A DNA stretch of 64,000 nt from Setoptus koraiensis. Its lineage: Eukaryota > Animalia > Arthropoda. The notes below the pieces were generated by a model. The model saw only the letters and a program-made list of their open reading frames with translations, was not told the DNA's origin and made no database searches. Location of the stretch: assembly GCA_048013815.1 (NCBI GenBank), contig CM106586.1, positions 9,610,001 through 9,674,000 of the forward strand. The letters are read 5' to 3'. Of the stretch, positions 24,295-35,327 are shown in pieces (positions within the stretch are counted from its first letter, which is position 1; every line of letters starts with the position of its first letter). The position numbers were made by a program, and so were the translations under genes.

Positions 24295-25026
24295 CAACAA
24301 CAATTCAGATTTGTTGTGTGACCACCCAAAGCGTCTAGCACCAGCGATGGGGCCCAAAGCAGCGCGTCATCCATCATAGTCGCATTATATTGATTGCTAT
24401 GAAGCGATTGGCCGCGATGCGCACGCTGGCTTGCATAGACGCCATGATGGATAGTTCACGCCGGCCGCCAACAGTCGACTGGTTGTTGGCGCCCAACAGC
24501 TGACTAATTCAATAACATCCATCTATGATGAGCGCACGGCACCAGCTTTGGGCCACTGGTCAGCCGCTGGTCAGCCGCTAGTCAGTCGCTGGTTTTAGTG
24601 GGGCCGGGGGTCGGTTTAAATTACCGCTCGTTTCATAACTGTCTAACGTAATTATGTTTGCTGTTTGCGCGCTTGCCACAATGTCACGGGCCGGCTTGTC
24701 GGGTGTTCGCGCAAACAAAATTGCTGAAAATATGTGAGTCTCTGACAGTCCGTTAGTGACACAGTTAGCTTAGTTAGGTCGCGGTCCGGTTTATCGCGAC
24801 TGACGCGCCATGATAGCGGGCTCGCTATCATGGCGCGCGACATGTCAGCTCGACGTGCGCTCGATACCTGGAGGCGCGGTGCGCGAGATGTCTCACACTG
24901 TCCGGCAAAATATTTTGTCGGACAGTGCAGAAATTATTTTGTGAAGACACCGGCGCGTCGGAACGAAATCAACTTTGGCCACTTTGGCCACTCTGGCGAG
25001 TGAATGGTCGTAGTCAGCCTACTTAC

Positions 25027-25099
25027 TTGAGTGCAGCTGGGTGCATAAACTGACGCAAACGTATATCAATAGTATGAGATGAATTTTGCACGACAACAT
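25027..25099 (-). CDS. beat: Beat-like Ig protein, first coding exon (signal peptide)
   Basis: ATG at 25099 gives MLSCKIHLILLIYVCVSLCTQLHS plus 1 nt, followed by a perfect GTAAGT donor. It supplies the signal peptide missing from the 4700-6553 exon in the correct phase. Confidence 0.68.
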
Positions 25100-27040
25100 G
25101 ATGATAATATAATTATAGTACACGGGCGATGCCAAATTGTTGTATATTAAGCCGCCGCTGCGCCTTTGACCAGCGGTAGTTTGCAGCACTGTTGTCTTAT
25201 CTGTCGTTGCATCATCTTGACGAATGCTCTTGCTCGTTTTGCTTGCTCGTTTTGCTCGCTTGTTTTGCTCGCTTGTTTTGCTTGCTTGGGATGCTCGTTT
25301 CGCTGGCTTGACGTGGTGCTTGTTGTTTGCAAACTTATCACTGCTTATCTGCTTGCCGCGATCGCCGATGCCACAATCGTGGACGCTGCAATCGTGGGCG
25401 CTGCAATCGGTTTTTGCGTCGAACGCGCGCCGTTGACAGGCTCTGTCAGACAGAATGCGCTATGAACTGTTAACTGTCAAACTGGCCAGCTGACTCGCCG
25501 GCTGGTGTTGGCAATTGTTGATCAACAAATGGTGACGCGATGTAGACGCAGCGACGTTGACAATGACAACTGTTGTGATGCTTCTGTTTGGCGTTTGTTC
25601 TAGCCACAACTCGCTGACACTGCCAATGCAAACATGGCCACTGGTTCGCGCCACTCACTGTCACTGACGTAACATCGGGTGCGCGATTCTGCGCACAACG
25701 TCGCGCGAGCCGTTACGTAAGTCGGCGCGCTCGTAGTGTGCGCCGCCGCCGCGACCCGTCACAGGCTCGTTGGTGCGTGTGCGCAGCTCGCCCGGCCAGT
25801 CTGTGCAGACTGTCGGACTGCCGGACTGTGCAAACTGTCGGACTGCCGGACTGTGCAGAGTGTCGGACTGTGCGGACTGCGGGCACTTGTCACAAACTGG
25901 CCGCACACTGGCGTTGCGATGGCCAATGACCGCTAGTTTTGTGTCATGTTTGTGCCATGTGTGCACGCTTTGCGTCAGTGGCTGGCCAAATCAGCTGGCC
26001 AGCCCCAGTGACAGTGGGTTGCGTGTGTCAGTCAGTGGTCGGCGCGGGTTGCCAAGCAACGGGGTGTCGCCAAGGCCAAGTGGACCTACCGGCCCAGACA
26101 CAATGGCCGCCTCGTGTCACAATGTCACAACGTCTGGCGAGCCAATTTAATATCACTAATCTGTGCGCGCATTGCGCGATAAATAATGACGATCACAATT
26201 TAATTGACCAGTCACACTGACCGCCGCCACTAACACCACCTGGCGAGCCACTCTGGCACCGGCTGCGGCCTGGACAGTGGCCACGGTCGGTCGCATGCAG
26301 CACGCACAGCGCGAGTGGGCGAGCCAAGTGGGGCCCGGCCGACCCGAGCCGTCTGCTAAAACAACGGATAACTCTCGCCAGGCGAGCCGTTTTAACAACC
26401 AGCTTAGCGCCTCTAATCAATAGGTTGGCGCCAATTAAATTCATTAGTTGGCGACCGGGCCCAACACACTCCGTTCAACAGAGTCTGTTGTGTGTATCTC
26501 TGCAGATACACACACACACACACAACACAACAGATTGCACGAGCTGCGCGTTGGGGCCCCGGCGAAGCCATTTTTTGAGGGCTGCGTGCAGTAGCAGCAG
26601 CTGTCTTGTCGATAGTCGTGACGCTGGTCGTGTCAACTACATACATCATGCACTTATCTCTGCTTTTGTCTGGGGTCCTATGGCTCGTCGTTATCTGTGC
26701 AACTGTGTCGGCACGCACACACACAGTACATGTACAACGAGCAACTCTAATGGAGTATATCTGTTCGCTGGCAAGCCCGTTGTTTTGTCAGACACACACA
26801 CACACACAGTATTGTTTTTATGTTTGTATGACGCAACACTCGCGCTTGTCAAACGTTGGCAAGCTCACAGTTTAGTGTGACAGTGTTGCCGAGTTGATTT
26901 AGTTGGTGCCGTTGTTCGAGCCGGCTGCCGGGCTGGCTGGTGCGATACCAGCCAGCCAGTCGGCTCACATCAGTTGCTCCACATCCAAGGCAGCATCTAA
27001 GCAACATCCAAGCGCTGCCATCGTCGCCCAGTCTGGTGGC

Positions 27041-27074
27041 AGAGCGAGCGAGAGAGAGAGAGAGAGAGCGAGAG
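27041..27074. repeat. (GA)n microsatellite
   Basis: Direct observation. Confidence 0.9.
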
Positions 27075-27865
27075 TCCAATTTATATATAGTGGACTTAAT
27101 TGATTTTGTCCATTTGTCTTTCTCGCTCTCCATTGTGTCCGCTCTCTTTGTCATGGGATGGCACTGCCATATAGCGCATGCAGTTGCCAGCCGCCAGCAG
27201 CGACTCGACGCCAGCAAGCTATAGACGATCGTTAATGCTGATATTATGCAAATCGCCACCAACGACAGCCAGTTGTGTCTGGCTGTTGTCGGCTGTCGCT
27301 GGCTGTTGTTGGCCGTTGTTGGCTGTCGCTGGCTGTTGCTGGTTCACGACGACAAGTTGAACACACACACACACACACACACCGACAGCGACGGGCTAAC
27401 AATAACAAAATATCAGTCAACAACAAAAAATAAAGAGATGGCACGCAAAACAGATGAGCGGACATGCTAACACAACAAACAAATATGCTAATAATCGCTG
27501 ATAATTATTGCACTTAACTCACACTAACTGCACTGTAATTGAACACACCCTTACAACCGACGCGACCGACGCAAACCGACGGAAGGGGCGCCACCAGTGC
27601 CTTGCAGGGCGTCCGCTGGCTGGCGCGCACCGGGCGCCAAGCGAGCCAATGTTTGGCTGGCCGGCCGGCGCTGAGCACAAGATAAATAATCGCAAACGTT
27701 TCTCCGATTGACACTGGCCACTCTCGCCCGGCCAGCGTCGAGCAGTCAGTTTAATCCGGCTTACGTTGGGATCCGCTCGCCAGCGACGAGTCGCGCAAAC
27801 TTGCCAGCGCGACTGGGTCATCATTTACTGTTATTTTGCCAGCGTTGTTTGCTGTTTATCATCGC

Positions 27866-27903
27866 AACAACAACAACAACAACAGCAACAACAACAACAA
27901 CAA
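27866..27903. repeat. (CAA)n microsatellite
   Basis: Direct observation. Confidence 0.9.
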
Positions 27904-29797
27904 CGCGCTGCCAACTGCTGAGTCGACCAGACAGGCCACAATTATCGTGTGCATTATGGTAATTAGCGCACAACCGGCACAGCGAGAGCCGCTCGTCGGC
28001 GTGCCACAGGCCACGGCCAGCGCATCAAACTGTGCCAGCGATGGCAAGCTATCATCATACTGTCTTGGGCCGTTTGACAGTCAGATGTTGAGTGTGCGTA
28101 GCGGTTGTTTGTTTGTGCAATTTGCAAATTGTCAATTGTCATAACTCTGACAGCTGATCGGCAAGTGCCCGGCCAGTCAACAAGTCAGCCCGGCCAACAC
28201 AAACGTCACTCTCGCTTGCGCAACCTCTGTCCAGCCGAACAAGCGACAGTCAATTAATCACCTTGGCGCGCAATGAGTGTCCGCCAATGAGCGATAGCCC
28301 GACAGCGATGGGCACAGGGCATGTCCGTTGCCGGGGCGACTTGTTGGCGATCACGTTTCACGTTGGCCTCTCGTTGGCTCCACATTCAGACCGATTCATT
28401 CGCAACGGCACACAACGGTGCTCATATCAGGTCGCAATATCACTGACATTGTACCTATCGGGCATTACAAATAATTAGAAAATATGGCGCGCGATTATGA
28501 CAGCAATTAGCGTGCGACATAACGGCACGCACTGTGCGCGCTGCTCACGATTGTGCTCGTCTGTGCGACCATTACGTTATTACGCCCATTACGTAACACG
28601 GCCACCGAAAACAACCTGTGCCCGTCGCTTGAACGAACGCTGCCGGCCCTGACGACATTTGTGTGGGCCCAAAAACTACGCTAAATAAACTAATAACAAT
28701 AATAAATTGTGCGCGAACTTTTGGCGAGTGCGAGGCGCTCTTGTCAAAGGTTCGCGCACTTGCCGCACTTGTCGAGCGGCGCTTCGAATTTGGCGCCACG
28801 CTCACCGGTGCAGCGAGCTTGCCGGGCTGTCAGATGCGAACGCGACACTGTCACGGCTTTTGCCGTGACAGCGAAACAGTATGGCTGGTGTTATCGTCAA
28901 CATATTGCCACCACAGAACATCCTCCAGTGCTGTTGATAGTTTTACACAGGCCACATTGTCTGACACAGTCCGTGTCGGTCTGTTTGTCGGCTGGCATTT
29001 GGCCTGTCGTCATTTCAACCTGTTATAAACCTGTTTATCTAGCGCTCTTATAAATATATATGCTCTTATATGTGTAACATAAAACACAGGTGAGTTGCAG
29101 CGAATGTGCTCTACGAATCGATCGGCCATCATGCAACATTGCTCGCCCGCAGCGTGTTGCGCGCTGTGTACACCAGGAGGCACCACTACCACCGCATGGT
29201 GTCCGTCCCGGACCTACGTCTGTCGTAACTATTCGCAGCATATTTCAGCCTATTTCAGTCTATTTATGTCTGTAAATAGCAGATTCCGTGTATAGCAGCA
29301 CACTGCTGCGAGTGGTGCTATGAGTGCGCCAGTATGCTGCAGACGGGACAGGTTGTTGTGGCGGCGACGGTGGTGGCGGCGACGGTGGTGCCAGTGCAAC
29401 AATAATGCTCGACGTGTCATTTCCTATCGGCGTGCTTACACATTAGGAAATGACACGTCGAGCGTGTGCTGGGAACGCCACCTGGCGCGCGCTCCCCAAA
29501 GCACAAACAATGTGTCAGCGGTAACAGTGGATAACACTTATTTATAGTAGTAGTGAATCAGCATAAGGCTACGCACGCACTCCTCATTAGACCAGCAGCT
29601 TTGGCTTTTTTGTCTGTCCGTCTCTCTTGTCATCAGTGTTGAATGTCTAATTGTTTCGTCTTTACATTCAATATATTTTATATAAAACTTATAATAATAT
29701 TTAATATTTAAAATCAACCAACAACAACAACAACAACAACATCAACCACAACACCAACATCAACAACGGCAATAATCAATCAGCAAAAGGCATAATA

Positions 29798-31324
29798 ATG
29801 CTTACGTTAACAAACAAGCCGCTACTACTATTTATATTCGGCCTGTTATCCTTACGAGCCCAAGCAGAAACAGAATCAGCTAAAGAAGACCATGTACTAG
29901 TCCTAACAGGGGCAAACTTTACAACTATTATTGAAGAAAATGATAATGTCATGGTGGAATTTTATGCGCCTTGGTGTGGTCATTGTAAGGCATTTGAGCC
30001 GGATTATGTCAAAATAGCGGCCATACTCAAAGAACACAAACAAAATGTTGTCTGTGCTAAAGTTGACGCACCCGAAGAACAAGATCTCATTGAAAAATAT
30101 GACATCCAAGGATTTCCAACATTGAAATTATTCAGAAAAGACAAACAGCCAGAGTTATATCAGGGCTTTAGAAGTGTGGACACCCTTGTCGATTGGATTG
30201 AGCGCAAGATTGGACCTGCCGCTCAAACGCTCAAGGATGACGAACAAGCGGAACAATTCAAAGATTCGGCAGATGTTGTATTGGTGGGATACTTCAAGGA
30301 TGACACATCCAATGAGACACTTACTTTCCTAGAGGTGGCAGATCAATTTGATGACTTCAAATTTGCACTTGTACACCAAGAGTCAGTTAGCTCCAAATTG
30401 GGCATCACTAAAGAGGGTGTCACACTATTCAAGAAATTCGACGAGGGTCGCGTTGAGTATGAGGCCAATCTTAAGTCAGCCAACGAATTGAAGCAATTTA
30501 TTCAAGCCAACAGTCTACCACTAGTAATTACATTCGACCAATCAAATGCACAAAAAATATTTGGCGGAGATATCAAAGCGCACAATCTGTTGTTTATTAG
30601 CAAATCAGACTCAAAATACTCGTCCATTGTTGAAGAATTTAGAGTTAGTGCCAAGCAATTCAAAGCCATAGTCCTGCATGTCATCATCGACAGTGACCAG
30701 GAGGAGCACGAAAGAATCATTGATTACTTCGGACTCAAGAAGGAAGAGTTGCCCGGATTGAGATTCATTAAACTTCAAGAGGAAATGACCAAATATAAAT
30801 ATGACCACGAAGAAATGGTTTCCGATAAGATTACAGCATTTGTTCAAGGTGTTCTCGATGGCAACATCAAGCCACACTTGTTGACACAAGAACTGCCTGC
30901 AGATTGGGATAAGGAACCTGTTAAAGTTCTAGTTGGTACTAATTTCGATGATGTTGTGATGGACAAATCTAAGGATGTTCTTGTTGAATTTTATGCACCC
31001 TGGTGTGGACATTGTAAAGCTCTGGCCCCTATCTATGATCAATTGGGTAAAAAATTCGAAAACCACGATACTATTGTGGTTGCCAAGATTGATGCAGCAG
31101 CTAACGAGCTGGAACACACTAAAATTAATTCCTATCCAACTATTAAATTGTATAAGAAGGACACTAATGAGGCTGTCGAATACAATGGCGAACGTACTTT
31201 AGAAGGTCTATCTAAATTCCTTGAAACTAAAGGTGACTACGGAAGAGCCGCCCCAGATGAGATGATACCAGAGGTTGAGGAGGTTGAACCTGATGTACAT
31301 GCAGATAAACATGATGAGCTTTAA
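29798..31324 (+). CDS. Pdi: Protein disulfide-isomerase (P4HB/PDIA1 type), intronless, 508 aa
   Basis: Signal peptide, two APWCGHCK thioredoxin active sites in a-b-b'-a' layout, acidic tail and C-terminal HDEL ER-retention signal. Confidence 0.97.
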   Translation: MLTLTNKPLLLFIFGLLSLRAQAETESAKEDHVLVLTGANFTTIIEENDNVMVEFYAPWCGHCKAFEPDYVKIAAILKEHKQNVVCAKVDAPEEQDLIEKYDIQGFPTLKLFRKDKQPELYQGFRSVDTLVDWIERKIGPAAQTLKDDEQAEQFKDSADVVLVGYFKDDTSNETLTFLEVADQFDDFKFALVHQESVSSKLGITKEGVTLFKKFDEGRVEYEANLKSANELKQFIQANSLPLVITFDQSNAQKIFGGDIKAHNLLFISKSDSKYSSIVEEFRVSAKQFKAIVLHVIIDSDQEEHERIIDYFGLKKEELPGLRFIKLQEEMTKYKYDHEEMVSDKITAFVQGVLDGNIKPHLLTQELPADWDKEPVKVLVGTNFDDVVMDKSKDVLVEFYAPWCGHCKALAPIYDQLGKKFENHDTIVVAKIDAAANELEHTKINSYPTIKLYKKDTNEAVEYNGERTLEGLSKFLETKGDYGRAAPDEMIPEVEEVEPDVHADKHDEL

Positions 31325-31336
31325 GGCTTTTATCGT

Positions 31337-31342
31337 AATAAA
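31337..31342 (+). promoter_or_regulatory. Probable polyadenylation signal of PDI
   Basis: AATAAA 13 nt after the stop codon, followed by GT/T-rich sequence. Confidence 0.5.
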
Positions 31343-31432
31343 ACTCTCTGTGTAATCAATTGTGTTATAAACTAAAATTATTAATGGTATAATATATTGA
31401 CGAAAGGGAAAATTACAATATATAAAAATGAA

Positions 31433-31641
31433 ATTATTTACATGGGGTTTCGATTGAGGGGTATGGATTCTATGTGAGAATGAAATTTTTCAGTCAATTA
31501 AGCCGATGACTTCTTTTGAGCAACTGTTACGTTGACTCTTTTAACGCTTGGTCTTGGTCTGTATCTTCTATCTAGATTGTCATTCGATGAAGAACGAATT
31601 GGATGTTTGTTCCTGATTACTTTGGCTGGATGACGATTCAA
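31433..31641 (-). pseudogene. Decayed, frameshifted duplicate of the 3' end (last about 50 codons, stop and 3'UTR) of the 2337-aa gene
   Basis: Aligns to 35269-35482; for example, AATTAAGCCGATGACTTCTTTTGAGCAACTGTT is identical in both. Translates to ...LDRRYRPRPSVKRVNVTVAQKKSSA* versus ...LDRRYGQRLSVKTVNATVAQKKSSA*. Frameshift near 31595-31605. Confidence 0.85.
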
Positions 31642-31880
31642 TAGAGACTGCCACTCTCATGGAAGCATCGATTCTTTGCTGCTTCTGTCGCATCGAATTC
31701 AAACCAGATGTAACTCGGTTCACCCTTGGCTAGTGTTGTCAGGTAGATCGGATATCCGCATAGGATTCACAGTAGTAAATATTAAAACTACAATACTCTA
31801 CCAACTACAAAAACTTGAAGTATGCGTTTCAGATTCAACAAAATCGGACTCGCTTCGGCAATAGACTACGATAATGAGTA

Positions 31881-33266
31881 TTAAATCTTGTTAACTAGAT
31901 CTCTGAATAGTTTGATGGCCTTGTATTTGTTTTCGGGCTGCTGCATTCGTTCGCTAATCGCCTTGATTCGGCCTGAAATTTCTTTATCGGCGAGAGTCTT
32001 CTCTACTGTGTCCAATAGTTCTTGTTCGTCGCAACTGAATGGATTTATTTTATATCCCAGCCCCTTTTCAACAATTCTTTGTGCATTATCGTACTGGTCT
32101 GAGAAGATGGGACACACCAAAATGCCAGGTACACCATAGTAGAGAGTTTCAGTGATGGTGTTATTGCCACCATGAGTTATTATAAGATCCACCTGTTGAA
32201 GTATTTGCAATTGATTGACAAATTTTTCACCCCACATATTATCTGGCAGATCGTATTTGTGGTGATTTGGTCCTTTGCTCACGATGAATCTATGCGGTGA
32301 CTTGGCCAGTATCTTCACTAATCTCTTCATGAGCTCAACATCTCCAGTAGCCAACGAACCCATAGACAGAAATATCAATTTACCAGGTTTGTCTCGCAGA
32401 TTTTCCGGCACTTCAAATGCATCCTTCAATTGACACAATTTTTCTCTTTCCTCCTCCTCTTCGGCCGCGGTCTTAATTTTACGATTGCACCTTAAAATCG
32501 AATCACATTGAGTCCAGCCTTCCGGTTGCTCAACATGATCATAGTCCAACTCTTTGGGGTACATGTAAATGTTCAAATATGGTGATTTGTATATAAAATT
32601 TATCGGATCTTCGGGTAGGTCCGGCAACGAATGTTGCTTGGTGACATAATCGTTATACGTTTTGTGCAATGCTAGGTTGACCTCTCTGACTTTTTTGTTC
32701 CATTCGACGTACGTGGCATTCTCATACCAGTCCATGGTGGGTAGACCCAATGTTGCTGGCGGCAATTTATCGGAGCTTTTGTGCAAAGCAAGCGGAGTGG
32801 CCGAATAAACTCTCGCCCAGGGTTTGTTGTATTTAATGAGGGCAGGCGTGATGAAATAGTGATCTATTACAATGAGATCCGGTTTTATAAGATCCAATTT
32901 AACTGCAATGCGATCGTTGTTTTTCATTATATCTTTGGACATCATCGACAGGCCCACTTCTGTGGTGGTGATGAAATTGTCCAAAACATTTGATCGCCAC
33001 AATTTGCCCATTGCATTAACAACACCGTCCCATTTAGCCTCGCTACCGGGACTTTTGGTGGGATCAGATTGAATAAGCTCATCGGTTGTACAATCGTAGA
33101 CCTCGTGGCCCAATTGTGTTAATCCGCCATCCATCGGATCTATGAATAGAAAGACGGTTCGATGACCGAGATTCTTTAAGCATTCTGCTACACTGACGAG
33201 GGAGTTGACGTGCCCAACGCAGTCGAGGGGCACAAAAAGGATTGTCTTTTTGTTCGTATCGTCCAT
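31881..33266 (-). CDS. UGT: UDP-glycosyltransferase (GT1), bacterial/MGT-like cytosolic type, intronless, 461 aa
   Basis: N-terminal ILFVPLDCVGHVN contains the catalytic His. The C-terminal UDP-sugar signature is WGEKFVNQLQILQQVDLIITHGGNNTITETLYYGVP...PIFSDQYDNA. No signal peptide and no C-terminal TM helix. Confidence 0.95.
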   Translation of the reverse strand: MDDTNKKTILFVPLDCVGHVNSLVSVAECLKNLGHRTVFLFIDPMDGGLTQLGHEVYDCTTDELIQSDPTKSPGSEAKWDGVVNAMGKLWRSNVLDNFITTTEVGLSMMSKDIMKNNDRIAVKLDLIKPDLIVIDHYFITPALIKYNKPWARVYSATPLALHKSSDKLPPATLGLPTMDWYENATYVEWNKKVREVNLALHKTYNDYVTKQHSLPDLPEDPINFIYKSPYLNIYMYPKELDYDHVEQPEGWTQCDSILRCNRKIKTAAEEEEEREKLCQLKDAFEVPENLRDKPGKLIFLSMGSLATGDVELMKRLVKILAKSPHRFIVSKGPNHHKYDLPDNMWGEKFVNQLQILQQVDLIITHGGNNTITETLYYGVPGILVCPIFSDQYDNAQRIVEKGLGYKINPFSCDEQELLDTVEKTLADKEISGRIKAISERMQQPENKYKAIKLFRDLVNKI

Positions 33267-35327
33267 GATTACTGGAGCTCGAATTATTTCACTTTCACAG
33301 TTGTTTGTTGGATGATTATTTTGCTCGATGCTGAGTTGATTTTCGCTGGCAACAGAGAGATAATTCGAATAGTTGGGGCTTCTTTTGCTGAAACTGAACG
33401 TACTAATTCCGATTGATTAGCTTTAAGAGATGCTGCTGTGTTTGTTTTGCAAAACCAATAATAGATAGCAACAAAAACGAGCGTTGTACTAGAAGTTCTT
33501 ATCGGCTCACGAGTTTCGTTCAAATGAGAAAGCTCTATCGGCAAAATGTGTTTGCTCATCGATGAATACAGACGTAGAAAGATAATAGAATTCAATCAGA
33601 CAGCTCATTATCATTATCTAACAGAACTCAATTCAAGTTCAGGCGGCTGGTCTTAGCAACTAGACAGCTAAACAGTACTTTGTATGTTGATCACGTCAGC
33701 TTTCAGAGAGTGTGTATACTGTTTATGTGTTGCGAACGAGTAACAAAACTAAACCCCAATCAAGTAACCTTGTACTAAATTCAACAGCAACACCATTTGT
33801 TGCTGCTTGCCTGGCACATTCAATCAAGCGGTTTTTCCACTTGTTGTTGATAGCAAGATTTGTTGTTAGTGATAGAACAAGCCATCTCTTGTAACCAGTG
33901 GGAAGATGTGTATCATTGTGTTGGCCTCGACACTCACTCAATAATGTTACTGGCTGTCAATTGTTATTCACTGTTTCAACGTGAATATCTCCAAGCTTTG
34001 TAGATATTTTCATCTAGCCAGTAGTTAGTCAGAGATAGACACAGACACTGGCCTAAAGGCAGATCTAGAAAGCAGAGAATGGAGCCACAAGTGCAACAGA
34101 AAGCATACAAGCAGTATTATAATTGCTACATGTTCGTTCATTATGCAAGAATACATTAATAAATCAGTGATTGCCAAGTCCGATCGTATTCTGACATATT
34201 TTCGTCATTATTGTATCATTTATGCAGCGTGTCAATTATAAATAAAGATATAACACCCTGCTAATGTTCAGCTATGGTAGCGCTCTCATCTATGGGCAAG
34301 TGAATATCAGTTAGATTCCCTTGAATAACTTGATACCCTGACTGCCGACATCCAACATGGACATGACACATAAATTTCCAATGTACTTTGTTGTCGTCGC
34401 AATAATTAATGTGAATCTTTCAACGTTTGCCAGATGGGTGCTATGAGTGATCCGTTACTTCTTATGTTCCTTTGATCAGGAAAAGACTGTGGAGATGTTT
34501 CGAATGAGGAAAGTCAGTTTTTCTCTGTCTAGGTTGGCACACTGTAATCTCGGCTCGAGAAAAGCTAAAAATCAATTTTTAGTGGGTTACAGAAAAAAAG
34601 TTGCCATGCAGTGACTTGTTCAGGTGAATCCTTGATGCATACTATCCTCTCTGAAGGTCTCTCAACATCAGATCCTGCGCTGACTGAATTGCATTCCTCA
34701 TCAACTATATAAAAAGTAGGAAATGCCCACCGGTTAGTTGTCGGCGAGTAACCTTGGATAGATGAAAATGTAATTGTGAACAATGTTTTCTAAGATCGGC
34801 CCACCTTTTAAATTAATATAACGTGCAACGAAACGGGAAATACCCGCGAGAAAGGTCGAACGAGCTTCAATTAGTTGACCTGTTTATCAGGCATTCAAAT
34901 TAGATTCAAATTGTCATTTAATTAAATGACTAGCGAGATTTCTTTGACATTCGACAGGCAGGAATAATAACTAAAATGATGAATTCGTCGCCAAATTGGT
35001 CAATTTTTTGCTTCTATCTTTTAATGCTGGAAAAAAGACAGTTGAAAACCGACCAACAAGACAATTTGAAGAAAATTTTATGTTGTTGAAATGACATATG
35101 CACTGATAAAAAACTTGAACATTATTAATTAGTGACTGTATAAAAAACTAGCTAACAATAATACTATACAAGAATATGATATGAGAATAATCAATGTAAT
35201 GAACAAAAAAACCTTTGCTTATTCAGCGCATCGTGTATGTACAAATCTGTGTAAAAAAGTGAAATGAGATTATTTACATGGGATTTCTATTGAGGGCTAT
35301 GAAATCTATTTGAAATTATTCAATGAA

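Larger units (their letters stand above)
6554..25026 (-). other. Predicted 18.5-kb first intron of the Beat-like gene
   Basis: GTAAGT donor at 25026 and CAG acceptor at 6554. The phase-1 to phase-1 join gives MLSCKIHLILLIYVCVSLCTQLHS-S-GKTLAVQIHSVNIP. Confidence 0.65.

Noticed and set aside
25166-25465. Hydrophobic ORFs 25166-25465 and 25224-25436 (+)
   Set aside because: Hydrophobicity comes from a 13-bp (ttgctcgtt/ttgc) repeat. The start codons are non-ATG and the region is upstream of the Beat ATG.
26849-27262. Minus ORF with hydrophobic start and an Ig-like GNTVTLNCEL ending
   Set aside because: TTG start, runs through a (GA)n microsatellite, and no second Ig cysteine or tryptophan. Likely coincidence.
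31881-33266. Bacterial contamination as the explanation for the UGT
   Set aside because: It is flanked within 0.3-2 kb by a eukaryotic PDI with HDEL and a peritrophin gene, has no operon or Shine-Dalgarno context, and its composition is similar to its neighbours.
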